A stretch of DNA of 64,000 nt from IMG/VR virus record IMGVR_UViG_2615840722_000002, positions 3,936 through 67,935 of that record, one strand, 5' to 3'. The first letter of the stretch is position 1. Every line of letters begins with the position of its first letter. Positions 10,066-18,839 of this stretch are shown piece by piece. A model generated the notes under the pieces. That model saw only the letters and a list, made by a program, of their open reading frames with translations. It did no database searches and was not told the origin of the DNA. The stretch is from a virus. Taxonomy: Duplodnaviria > Caudoviricetes. The position numbers and the translations under genes were made by a program.

Positions 10066-11140
10066 AAGGTATAGCCTCCAATTCAATATAATTTCCATTT
10101 GGTAGCAAGGAACGGATTTCTTTACACCAGTCTTCTACATTAGCGACAATATCTTCAATGTTTTTTAAAGCGACTTGGCTATCAAGTCTTTCAAAAGCTC
10201 TGGAATACTTAACAGGAGCTAGCTTGGTCTGTAGAAAGTGTTCAATCTCCACGACAAGGCCGGAAAGTGCGGTAGCTGACTCAATTTGACGATGCAAGTT
10301 ATCTCGTTGGGAAGAAAGAAATCGCAATTGCTCTTTCATCCGCCGATACTCTTCCGCATCCCTTTCTTGCATTTTCATGTAATCTTCTACTTTTCTTTTT
10401 TGAGCTTCGATTTTCTGTATTTCCGCCTCTTTAGCTTTTAGTTGTTGTTCCAACTCCTGCAATTTTCTTTCCACACTCTGTGGAGTTACTTCTCTTTCAA
10501 TGATTTTTGGCGGTTTTGACTGTTCTTTCTTTAATTCTTTCTGAAGCATCGCGGCTTGTTTTTCCGCTTTTTCTTTTTCCTGTTCCGACTTCTGCAATTT
10601 TTGTTTTAACTCTGTATACGCTTTGTGAATGCTAATTTTATCTTCATCAAGTCTACGTATCGTTTCGTCGTCAGCATTTTCAGTTATAAATTTTGCCTTT
10701 TCGTACTGTTTACCGCTACCGAACCCTGCTTGGTCAGCTACGATATCACGCACTTGTCCTTTTTGACCCTCAGGAAAATTTTCCTGACCCCCTGTTTCCA
10801 TCCTTTCTTTTGCTTTTAATCTTTCTATTTCTTCTAAACGTCTTGCCCATTCAACACGCTCAGAAAAAGTGAATTCTTTTCGGTTCTCATTTTCACTAAT
10901 CTCCATGCGGAGTTGATGCTCATAATCTCGAATTGTCATAACCCGAACTTCTATTTGTTGGTATTCAAGATGTTTGCATGCTCGTAACCTTCGTTCCCCG
11001 GCGATTAGTGTATAGTTAGGAGTAACAACCGGGGGGTTAATCAATCCGTTTTCTTTAATATCCTGCGCTAGTTCCTCAATGTTGCCAAAGTCTTTGCGGA
11101 TACGGTCATTCACCTTTATCTTGTTAATGTCTAATAACAT
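10058..11140 (-). CDS. ParB N-terminal domain protein with coiled coil
   Basis: IEELAQDIKENGLINPPVV, LIAGERRLRA, EISENENRKEFT. Confidence 0.85.
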   Translation of the reverse strand: MLLDINKIKVNDRIRKDFGNIEELAQDIKENGLINPPVVTPNYTLIAGERRLRACKHLEYQQIEVRVMTIRDYEHQLRMEISENENRKEFTFSERVEWARRLEEIERLKAKERMETGGQENFPEGQKGQVRDIVADQAGFGSGKQYEKAKFITENADDETIRRLDEDKISIHKAYTELKQKLQKSEQEKEKAEKQAAMLQKELKKEQSKPPKIIEREVTPQSVERKLQELEQQLKAKEAEIQKIEAQKRKVEDYMKMQERDAEEYRRMKEQLRFLSSQRDNLHRQIESATALSGLVVEIEHFLQTKLAPVKYSRAFERLDSQVALKNIEDIVANVEDWCKEIRSLLPNGNYIELEAIPYE

Positions 11141-11594
11141 CTGAAAGCAGCCCTTTCCGCTCTAACTCAAGTAATTTTTCCATCATCATTTCTTCAACTT
11201 GCTGATTAGTTAGCCTCACCGTTCTGATGCCGAGTTCATGGTAGAAGAAATAGTCCCGTATTTTGTCTTTCAAAATTTTAATTTCTGTTTTGTGATTATC
11301 GCCGTCTATTTCATAAATAATGTTATTTTCTTCGTCGTAGAAATCAGCTGTAAAACGTTTGGATAAGTATTCCTCTAACCCTCCTTTACCTGTGCCGAAA
11401 TGAACTTGTTGTTTCATGTGAGGATATAGCATAGAAAACATGTTTTCGTGAGTAGTTCTTCTTTTATCCCCTTGTCCGCCCACAAAATTAGAACTTTGAG
11501 AAGAGAAGAAAATATCAAATACTTCTCCAAAGTCACTAGGACAATTAGGATTGCATTGGTTTTTAATCATCTGAAAGACTTCTGTAGCATTCAA
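11124..11594 (-). CDS. DUF559-like PD-(D/E)XK endonuclease-domain protein
   Basis: FTADFYD...IYEIDGDNH...KDKIRD...GIRTVRLTNQQV. Confidence 0.7.
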   Translation of the reverse strand: MNATEVFQMIKNQCNPNCPSDFGEVFDIFFSSQSSNFVGGQGDKRRTTHENMFSMLYPHMKQQVHFGTGKGGLEEYLSKRFTADFYDEENNIIYEIDGDNHKTEIKILKDKIRDYFFYHELGIRTVRLTNQQVEEMMMEKLLELERKGLLSDVIRH

Positions 11595-11804
11595 TTAACT
11601 CACATCCTCTCGATACTCTAGAAGTTCGCCAATGGTACAGCCGAAATACTGGCATAGTTTGTCCAATGTATCGAACTGAACCCCCTTTCCTTTTCCATAA
11701 TACAAGCTAAAAAGTGTTGTTCGAGAAATTCCTGTTTCCTCTGATAGATGTTTTACTTTCAACAATCGTTCTGCCATTAATACCGGCAAGTTGGACTTAA
11801 TCAT
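11595..11804 (-). CDS. Cro/C1-type HTH regulator (HTH_26)
   Basis: LSEETGISRTTL...KGVQFDTLDKLCQYFGCTIGELL. Confidence 0.88.
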   Translation of the reverse strand: MIKSNLPVLMAERLLKVKHLSEETGISRTTLFSLYYGKGKGVQFDTLDKLCQYFGCTIGELLEYREDVS

Positions 11805-11844
11805 ATCTACACCTCCACCTCCTTTTTTGTATCGTATATACTTC

Positions 11845-11958
11845 TAAAAGTATCGTACTCGATACCTTTAGTTGATTAAAATTTACACTTTAAGGAACTT
11901 GTTGTCAATACCAAAAGTTTAATTTGTTGCTATAAAAGTATTTAGTATGATACTTTTA
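11845..11958. promoter_or_regulatory. two 26-bp palindromic operators between divergent HTH genes
   Basis: TAAAAGTATCGTACTCGATACCTTTA (11845-11870) and TAAAAGTATTTAGTATGATACTTTTA (11933-11958). Confidence 0.7.
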
Positions 11959-11978
11959 TGGTGAAAGGGTGAACTTGA

Positions 11979-12494
11979 ATGATAAAATGTAACCTTGCTG
12001 TACTACTAGTAGAACGTAATCTTAAAATGGCTGATGTAGTTCGGGATACTGGAATAGCTAAAACAACAATTCGAGCTCTTTATTACAACACAAGTAAAGG
12101 CGTTCAATTCGATACATTAAATACGCTATGCACTTATCTAAACGTGACACCTGGAGAATTAATGCTATATCATCCGTCTGAATACCAATTAATTGATGTT
12201 GATATGGCAAATATTGAAGACACCTTTGAGGCAGAATTCCTTTGGATATCCAAAGGAAAAAGAACAATCTACAATGTAAAAGCAGAAGTAAACGTAAATG
12301 GACGTGATGAAGAAGACGAAATAACTGATTTAAGAATAGAAATTATCTATCCTAGAAATTTGTATGATGAATTATTTGACCTTCCTCATATATTTTCAAA
12401 TGACATAGATAATGAAATTGTTAATAGCGTCTTAGAATACTATGTTTTAGCGGACAATCCCTCTATAAGCATATACATTGACAAATATGAATAA
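11979..12494 (+). CDS. HTH_26 repressor with C-terminal extension
   Basis: N-terminus paralogous to 11595..11804 (KGVQFDTL..LC); divergent. Confidence 0.85.
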   Translation: MIKCNLAVLLVERNLKMADVVRDTGIAKTTIRALYYNTSKGVQFDTLNTLCTYLNVTPGELMLYHPSEYQLIDVDMANIEDTFEAEFLWISKGKRTIYNVKAEVNVNGRDEEDEITDLRIEIIYPRNLYDELFDLPHIFSNDIDNEIVNSVLEYYVLADNPSISIYIDKYE

Positions 12495-12540
12495 GCTTTT
12501 TATTTATGGCTCAGACGATCCAAGTGTATATATGCCCACT

Positions 12541-12575
12541 AAAAAAGACGCCTTAGATTAAGGGCGTCTTTTATT
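12541..12575. terminator. bidirectional intrinsic terminator
   Basis: AAAAAAGACGCC-loop-GGCGTCTTTT between convergent genes. Confidence 0.8.
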
Positions 12576-12603
12576 GCTGAGTTAATTTTCCGTTAAATAT
12601 TTC

Positions 12604-12849
12604 TCATGATTTGGTTACTTCTTCAATAAGACGGTTAAGATTTTCGCTTACCTCTGAAGGAAAGTATGGGTGATCCCTATCTATAGATACTGCGTCACTT
12701 AAAGAACGGGTTTTACCTGTTTTACGCTCAAAGACGGTTCCTTTAACCTCCCGACCTTCTTTCCATACAGTGACTTTATGATTGCCGTCGCTACTTGTCC
12801 AGCTTTTTTCACCATATCTTCTCAAAAGAAATCTCCCCCTTTTCCTCAC
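12604..12849 (-). CDS. small hypothetical protein
   Basis: AGGGGGAG RBS suggests a TTG start near 12825. Confidence 0.55.
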   Translation of the reverse strand: MRKRGRFLLRRYGEKSWTSSDGNHKVTVWKEGREVKGTVFERKTGKTRSLSDAVSIDRDHPYFPSEVSENLNRLIEEVTKS

Positions 12850-13009
12850 ATTTTACCTTAATTCCTCAGAAAGGGGGCAGTTTTCCAAAATAAAAAGCAC
12901 TCGCATCCAAGCGTGCCTTAATATGGTATAATTTTGTCATTGCACAATTTGATACGGCTCCTCAAGGGTGGTCTACGGCTCACTCCCTGTAAGAAAGGGG
13001 GTGGAGTTT

Positions 13010-13093
13010 ATGACAGTATTCGAATCATTAATGTTGATGATTGCATTCGCAACACTAATTGTAGCTATACTGTCGTTTAACCAAAAGAAATAG
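13010..13093 (+). CDS. type I toxin, BsrG/BsrE/BsrH-like holin-like peptide (27 aa)
   Basis: MTVFESLMLMIAFATLIVAILSFNQKK; AAAGGGGGTG RBS; TGgTATAAT at 12924-12932; terminator 13184-13220. Confidence 0.88.
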   Translation: MTVFESLMLMIAFATLIVAILSFNQKK

Positions 13094-13243
13094 GCCCCCT
13101 TGAGTTTGGACGACCAGGGAACCTATTTCTATGACCTGTAATTAGTCTGAGCCGTCCCCCTAGAGGGAACGTTTATTGTGCATGACCGTTTGGTGTTACC
13201 AGCACCGAGCGGTCTTTTTTAGTATATTCATTGAGTAATGCTT
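13083..13243 (-). ncRNA. antisense antitoxin RNA (SR4/SR5/RatA-like layout)
   Basis: Minus-strand promoter TTGCAG(13278-73)-17bp-TATAAT(13255-50) with extended TG; terminator GAAATAGG...CCTATTTCTTTT overlapping the toxin stop. Confidence 0.75.
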
Positions 13244-13319
13244 GCATTCATTATATCAATGCTGAGATGTAGCTGCAAGCTACTATCCACGTGCTACCTT
13301 AGGTCAATACCAACTACCG

Positions 13320-13481
13320 CTACACTTTATCTCTCTCTAGTTGGTATAGAATACTCCCATATATAAACGCCTTTTCATGTGCATCTGGATTATTCCAAAT
13401 CACACGTGGCCTCATCTTCAAGCGATGCAAGGCATAGTGAGCAACTACCGCATCACGATAGCCGCCCTCAATTAGTTTTTT
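13320..13481 (-). CDS. -1 frameshift extension of the tail assembly chaperone (gpGT-like)
   Basis: Slippery A_AAA_AAC before the stop; -1 frame reads KLIEGGYRDAVVAHYALHRLKMRPRVIWNNPDAHEKAFIYGSILYQLERDKV*. Confidence 0.75.
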   Translation of the reverse strand, partial: KKLIEGGYRDAVVAHYALHRLKMRPRVIWNNPDAHEKAFIYGSILYQLERDKV

Positions 13482-13900
13482 GCATCTTCCACCAATTCTT
13501 CAAAGTCTTTTGTATAACCATTTACTTCGGTTGCAGCGGAAATCCAGTTCGCATATTCCCCTGGGATAGATAGAATCCGTTTGGCAAGGTCAATCGGATC
13601 TTGTTCCCCATAAGATGCTAACAACTCCGGATTTGTAAAGTCAGGAAACTTTGTAGATTTAACCGCGATTTCAGCATTAGCTCGGACTGCATCGTACTTT
13701 TCGTTACCTTCCCTGTCTGTACGTGTATGCTTTGCTCTGATTTCCTCTACATATGACTGCGGGATGGCTTTCATCACGAACGGAATTGGATTTCCTTTTT
13801 CATCAACATAGCGGTCGGAGATGTTCTGAAATTTACGCTCCTGCACAGGTTTTGCGTTCCCTTTCATAAATGCCTGCATCAATTTGTTCATATCACTCAT
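13472..13900 (-). CDS. xkdN: tail assembly chaperone (XkdN-like)
   Basis: SDRYVDEKGNPIPF, FPDF.NPELLASYG, ILSIPGEY, ends EDAKN; start MSDMN after GGAGG. Confidence 0.88.
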   Translation of the reverse strand: MSDMNKLMQAFMKGNAKPVQERKFQNISDRYVDEKGNPIPFVMKAIPQSYVEEIRAKHTRTDREGNEKYDAVRANAEIAVKSTKFPDFTNPELLASYGEQDPIDLAKRILSIPGEYANWISAATEVNGYTKDFEELVEDAKN

Positions 13901-13961
13901 TTGTATTCCTCCTTGTTTTTTGCATGAGAATAAAAAGAGAGTGGCATGCAGCCACCCTATA

Positions 13962-14414
13962 TTAGTCAAAGTCGTATCGTAACTTTTCCTGGACATCATA
14001 GTCAGAGTAGGAAAACGGAATTTCATTTTTTACGATATCGCCTTCTGAATCGAACATCATCAATTCCAATTCATCAATACTGCATTCTTTCACGACAATG
14101 CGCTCTGTACCTCGCTTGGCCGATACATCATCAAGTACACCCATCAACGTGAAATACACTTCTTCCCCGGTGTCTTTGTATTTTGTCATCATATCCAACC
14201 AGCGCGGGGTTGCCTTGTACTCTGTGATAGAACCTTTTGGCTGCTCAAGCCCGATGGTACGTTCTCCAATAATTCGCTTGCCCAAAATAGGTGCTTCCAC
14301 TTTCTTTTTCTTGATGCTAATGCTGAATTTAATACTGTTGACTAATTCTTCTCCGTCCAAGTATAGACGGCCTTCACGGGCCGAAATGGTATTCCGCTCA
14401 GAATAACGGGGCAT
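13962..14414 (-). CDS. xkdM: tail tube protein (XkdM-like)
   Basis: ISAREGRLYLDG...EIPFSYSDYD; follows the sheath gene. Confidence 0.88.
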   Translation of the reverse strand: MPRYSERNTISAREGRLYLDGEELVNSIKFSISIKKKKVEAPILGKRIIGERTIGLEQPKGSITEYKATPRWLDMMTKYKDTGEEVYFTLMGVLDDVSAKRGTERIVVKECSIDELELMMFDSEGDIVKNEIPFSYSDYDVQEKLRYDFD

Positions 14415-14432
14415 TCACTGCACCTCCCTTAG

Positions 14433-15761
14433 TTACCGTACTAGGATTGTGAAATAGAATTTCTCCATGCTGTCTACTGGTTGAACATAAATGGTCGCAT
14501 GTACTTCATCATCTACAGATAGCACAGGATCGATTACAAAGTCCGCGTCCTTGTCAAGGTTTTGAATGGCATTTGCATTTTGCAAGGTCTCAAGATAGCC
14601 GATTACGCTTGCTTTAAGAATCGCTTGACCGTCCGCATTATTGTTCATCTTTCCGATATAATTGCGTTCAATTTCGCGCTTAATATCGTTATGAATCGCA
14701 TCGAGCGTTCGCATCACACGGTTTTTCTTGAAGCGACTGTTTTTGTCTTGTCCTGTAGTCACCAGTGAGTTAATGTCGTACTCTACTTTGACTTGTTCAC
14801 CATCATTAACGAATACAAATTCACCTTTGTTAATCGCTTCGATGATTTCGCTGTTGGTATAACGCGGAATAGCATCTACTGCACCATCGTAGCGCTGGTA
14901 TGTGTTGGATTTTGTAATGCTTGCACCTGCATCGGCACCCGCTACCCATGCGACCGCCCGTTCTTTTGTTAATTCCGTTCCATCCAGTAGCTTCACGCTA
15001 TTTTTAACGTTGATAATTCCTTCATAGTCAGCTTCATAACCTGCTACGACACCTTTTACCTTACGCCCCTCATCCTCCCTCAGGCGGCGAATAAATCCAA
15101 CGAATGTCGTTTTAAGCGTGACGTCATCAGATAGGAATCCAATCGTATCGAAGAACTCGGTCTCGCACGCTGTCATGAAATCTGTATAATCGGCATTAAT
15201 CACTGTTCCATTCGTTCCACCTGTTAGGGTTGTACCTGCAGTAGCTTCGATTGCGCCGGTTCCGGAGAACGTTACCCATTCATTCGGTACAAGACTTTCA
15301 ATCTCCGCCTGTGTTTGTTTGTCTACCTGGCGTCCTTTTACGTAGGTAATTACGTCTTTTTTTGTTGTATCTAGTACATTAACTTGCGATACAATCGTAA
15401 TGTCATTTCCTCGTGTTCCATCGTTTATTGCTTCCACAGTACATATCGAAGTTGTGCCGAATGTTCCTTTTGCTTTCTCACCCTTATTCAATTTGTATAC
15501 TTTTACTTTTTTAGCTAACTTCCGAGCTTCCCGGATAAGTAACATCTCTGGATCGTTATAGTCATATCCGAGTTTGTCCATCGTGTCTTTTTCGACTTCA
15601 ATGGTAGTAAACTCTTTTGCCCTTCCCCAGTTAAGCGTCAACGGCAATATGACCGTGCCGCGTGGCGCTACTGCAATGCGGTCTTGTGCCGCAGAAATAA
15701 ATCGAGCGTAAAAACCAGGACGCACTTTCCTTTCGCCTGTTTGGAACGTTCCACCTGCCAT
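14433..15761 (-). CDS. xkdK: tail sheath protein (XkdK-like)
   Basis: MAGGTF..GERKVRPGFY, AWVAGA, KKNRVMRTLD, QPVDSMEKFY. Confidence 0.93.
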   Translation of the reverse strand: MAGGTFQTGERKVRPGFYARFISAAQDRIAVAPRGTVILPLTLNWGRAKEFTTIEVEKDTMDKLGYDYNDPEMLLIREARKLAKKVKVYKLNKGEKAKGTFGTTSICTVEAINDGTRGNDITIVSQVNVLDTTKKDVITYVKGRQVDKQTQAEIESLVPNEWVTFSGTGAIEATAGTTLTGGTNGTVINADYTDFMTACETEFFDTIGFLSDDVTLKTTFVGFIRRLREDEGRKVKGVVAGYEADYEGIINVKNSVKLLDGTELTKERAVAWVAGADAGASITKSNTYQRYDGAVDAIPRYTNSEIIEAINKGEFVFVNDGEQVKVEYDINSLVTTGQDKNSRFKKNRVMRTLDAIHNDIKREIERNYIGKMNNNADGQAILKASVIGYLETLQNANAIQNLDKDADFVIDPVLSVDDEVHATIYVQPVDSMEKFYFTILVR

Positions 15762-15765
15762 ATCC

Positions 15766-15963
15766 CTACTTCACTTCCTTTCGCAAAAATGAATCAATGC
15801 GTTTTTTCGCTTCTGATTTTGTAATTTTACCTGTACATGAAGAAAGGACCGCCATGATGATCTCTGGCTTTGTGCCAAACTCATCGGACAGTCCTTTTGC
15901 ATTCTCGATTAAGATTTGTACAGGGAAAGCAGGCTCTTTCACCCGCTCCTGTTTCTCTGCCAT
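15766..15963 (-). CDS. small conserved phage protein upstream of the sheath
   Basis: TKSEAKKRIDSFLRKEVK; PBSX-like synteny. Confidence 0.7.
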   Translation of the reverse strand: MAEKQERVKEPAFPVQILIENAKGLSDEFGTKPEIIMAVLSSCTGKITKSEAKKRIDSFLRKEVK

Positions 15964-15967
15964 GGTG

Positions 15968-16456
15968 TCACCCCTTTAGCTTTTGCGTTAAGAAGAGTTT
16001 ACCCATCTTCTCATATGTTGGTTGATCATATAGATAGCGACTTTCCCATTCGAGGTAGAGCTGCGCTACGCCGAATAGTGTATCTTCATGTAAAGGCTTG
16101 ATGTTACAACGTTTGATGCGTAGAAAATCACCTGTCAGGGTACCTGATTGATTTACAAGCGGCACAATATATTTACTCCCTTGTATTTTGCTTGAAATAG
16201 CTTTCACTGCATCATAAGCCTTCTGTTCATTGTTGTGAAATGATTTGATATACAAACGATGATTGATACGATAGGTTTTGGTTGTATCCCCTCTATCGTC
16301 CTCCTGCGGTACAGGGAAGTAGAGCGACGGTACTTTGAAGTTCTGCGGTATTCTCACAAAATACACTTGTTGCAGCCCGTCTTTTGGATCCGTAAACATT
16401 GGATAATAGTCATAACAAAACCTTGCTATCGAGCCGATTTCCTCGTTGCTAGTCAC
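15968..16456 (-). CDS. tail terminator/neck protein (XkdJ-like)
   Basis: IPQNFKVPSLYFP motif; synteny. Confidence 0.7.
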   Translation of the reverse strand: MTSNEEIGSIARFCYDYYPMFTDPKDGLQQVYFVRIPQNFKVPSLYFPVPQEDDRGDTTKTYRINHRLYIKSFHNNEQKAYDAVKAISSKIQGSKYIVPLVNQSGTLTGDFLRIKRCNIKPLHEDTLFGVAQLYLEWESRYLYDQPTYEKMGKLFLTQKLKG

Positions 16457-16950
16457 ATACGACCACCTACCAATCGTTCTATCCAATGATCGAGGTTACG
16501 TTCAAGCGATTTGCCAAATATCTCTTCGAAAATAGAAAGCGCATTGTCAAAGTAATGCCGTCCTTCAATCCATTTTGCTTTCAGCATCATACCTGTTTTT
16601 GCGTCTTTATCATATACAAAGCTTCCACCCTCCCATCGACCAGGGAGCCATCTGCGTGATTGCGCATGTCCTTCCTCAACAAAGCGTGCATAGTCTACGT
16701 TTGTTCCAATCTCAAGTGATAGCCCACCCTTTGTGATCTGCCAAACGTTCCCGCTATCCCCTTTTGTAAAAGAGGTGAGCAGACGACGCGTGTCCACTAC
16801 TTCAAGACGAATAATTTCACGCTGTATCTCTTCAAGGAATTGAAATCCAGTAGCTTCTAACCACACCGCCATATCTCGCTTCAACTCACCATCTGCTACT
16901 CGGTTAATTTGTTTGACAAACGAATCCAAGTCTTTAAGGAAATCTTTCAT
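16453..16950 (-). CDS. HK97 gp10-family neck protein (XkdI-like)
   Basis: VVDTRRLLTSF, IGTNVDYARFVEEGH, WIEGRHYFD. Confidence 0.85.
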   Translation of the reverse strand: MKDFLKDLDSFVKQINRVADGELKRDMAVWLEATGFQFLEEIQREIIRLEVVDTRRLLTSFTKGDSGNVWQITKGGLSLEIGTNVDYARFVEEGHAQSRRWLPGRWEGGSFVYDKDAKTGMMLKAKWIEGRHYFDNALSIFEEIFGKSLERNLDHWIERLVGGRM

Positions 16951-17309
16951 ATGCTCTCTTCCAATCGAACTGCTATTACTTCAATATGATGATTGTGTAT
17001 CGGCTCCGGCCTTGTTAGGCGGTACTCTACGCCATTGTACATTGCTTTATCATTAAGTCGTACATCTGTTTCAATAGGAAAATATACTGTGTATACTTCC
17101 TGCATTGCGGTGTAGGGTTCACGCAATATAAATCCATTTGATAGGTCACGGCGCTCCCAGTAACATTCTACCTGCGACAAGTCAGGGACAGCGCCATACA
17201 CATATTCATCTTGTATGTGATTCGTCGGGATACCAAATCCGCCACCTATCTCTTGTTCCTGTAGGTGGTAGATATCACAATGATGGATGAGAAGTGAGGC
17301 AAAGCTCAT
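16947..17309 (-). CDS. head-tail joining protein (XkdH/YqbH, DUF3599-like)
   Basis: LLIHHCDIYHL, DVRLNDK, HHIEVIA. Confidence 0.8.
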   Translation of the reverse strand: MSFASLLIHHCDIYHLQEQEIGGGFGIPTNHIQDEYVYGAVPDLSQVECYWERRDLSNGFILREPYTAMQEVYTVYFPIETDVRLNDKAMYNGVEYRLTRPEPIHNHHIEVIAVRLEESI

Positions 17310-17310
17310 A

Positions 17311-17700
17311 TTATAACCCCCTCATACGAAAATCAACTTTCCGCTTTGCCATTCCTGCCGTCTGAACATAAGCGGATAGCATAGAAATAAACGATGGCTT
17401 GTTCATAGGGTTGTCGCCTATCGAGTACGAGTATCCACCTATTTTTTCTGATTTGAATCCTTTTGCAAGGGATTCGTTGGCTGCAATCAAAGCATAATAT
17501 TCAGCAAGCAGAATGAATGCAAGCTTCACTTCCTCTGGAGGCCCGTTTGGATACTTTGTTGCATTATCAAACTTATGGCCGCAGTAAGCGAAGATTTCCG
17601 TCTCTGCACGGAGTATGTCTTTTTCAAGCTTTGGGTCAGGGCGGTTTTGTACCGCCCTAAACTCCGAGTATTCTTTTACATCTTTAGGAGTGATGTACAT
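17311..17700 (-). CDS. head-tail connector (YqbG/DUF3199-like)
   Basis: ITPKDVKEYS, LAFILLAEYYAL, KSEKIGGYSYS. Confidence 0.8.
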   Translation of the reverse strand: MYITPKDVKEYSEFRAVQNRPDPKLEKDILRAETEIFAYCGHKFDNATKYPNGPPEEVKLAFILLAEYYALIAANESLAKGFKSEKIGGYSYSIGDNPMNKPSFISMLSAYVQTAGMAKRKVDFRMRGL

Positions 17701-17879
17701 TAGTCCTCACTCTTTTCTTTACGTGTTCGTTTTTCTTCCCGAACCTCAAATTGAGGATTATCTTTCAAGTAATCAAAAAGCGCTTTATCAATCGGCTGTT
17801 CTTCACCGACTATAAAGCGCTTCTGTTGCTCACCAATAACAGTGTATGATTGTCCGATTATAAGCTTAGCAAAGTACAT
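17700..17879 (-). CDS. YqbF-like small head protein (59 aa, not in the ORF track)
   Basis: Hand-translated MYFAKLIIGQSYTV...FDYLKDNPQFEV; between capsid and connector. Confidence 0.7.
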   Translation of the reverse strand: MYFAKLIIGQSYTVIGEQQKRFIVGEEQPIDKALFDYLKDNPQFEVREEKRTRKEKSED

Positions 17880-17889
17880 CTCATACCAC

Positions 17890-18819
17890 CTACGACTGTA
17901 CCTTAATTACTTTTGCAGTTGCATCTTCCTCTTCAAACTTTGCATCTATTTTCGCTGTAATGACGATTGTCCAACCTTGTTCGCGAATGTTGCGTTCATA
18001 TTCTACCGTAATATCACGGCGGATACCGATAATGATATTTTTCGGATGCGTAAATAAAATGTCTGATACAGACTTTCCAGCGCCATCATCATACGGCTGC
18101 ATCATAGAAATCCCTTCGACATTTACGCCGTATGCGGTAGCTCCACCGCCCTCAAGCGCACGGTCCCCAAGTCCGGTTTGACGAGCAGCCACCTGGTCCA
18201 TCCATTCTAATGCAGCATGATGGGACGTGTAGAATCTCCAATCACGCGGATTACGGATATACTTCTGTGGTGTGGCTTTGTAGGCCTGTTTGAACACGTC
18301 GCGGGACAATGCTTCTGATTTAAAATCAACAACATGGGTATTTGCTTGTTTTAATACACCATCAATCAACGCAAGATATGGATCCGCAGAGGATTTATCA
18401 CCCTGGACTACCAACTCTTCCAAATCGAGCGCAGAACGTTCAGCAGCTAACCGCATGATGGTATCGAAGATGTTTTCACCTTCAATATTGTTGTCGATTA
18501 CTTCATCATCGAGAAAAACTTCAGCTTGCACTTTTTGCGGGTCCAATTTGATTCTTTCTGTCGTTGGTTTAGAACGTTCGCCATCCGCAAGCGCAACGCG
18601 TCCAGACGGAGCTGGATGTAAGATACGACTGTTGAATCCGATTTTGTTGATTTCTGTTTGCGCTTTCGCCATTGGCTCTACGCGAGCAGAATGTAGAATT
18701 GTGGGTGTATCTTGCATCATTTCAATGAATTTCGTGGCTTGTTCTGGTGTCATTTGTCCACCAGAAGCAAGGTCAGCAAGTGCCATATCGGCTTTTTGGA
18801 TGATTTCTTTGTTCGTCAT
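17890..18819 (-). CDS. xkdG: major capsid protein (XkdG-like)
   Basis: GGQMTPEQATKFI, DNNIEGEN, DLEELVVQGD, THPKNIIIGI. Confidence 0.9.
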   Translation of the reverse strand: MTNKEIIQKADMALADLASGGQMTPEQATKFIEMMQDTPTILHSARVEPMAKAQTEINKIGFNSRILHPAPSGRVALADGERSKPTTERIKLDPQKVQAEVFLDDEVIDNNIEGENIFDTIMRLAAERSALDLEELVVQGDKSSADPYLALIDGVLKQANTHVVDFKSEALSRDVFKQAYKATPQKYIRNPRDWRFYTSHHAALEWMDQVAARQTGLGDRALEGGGATAYGVNVEGISMMQPYDDGAGKSVSDILFTHPKNIIIGIRRDITVEYERNIREQGWTIVITAKIDAKFEEEDATAKVIKVQS

Positions 18820-18839
18820 ATTTTATATCCCCCTTTTAA

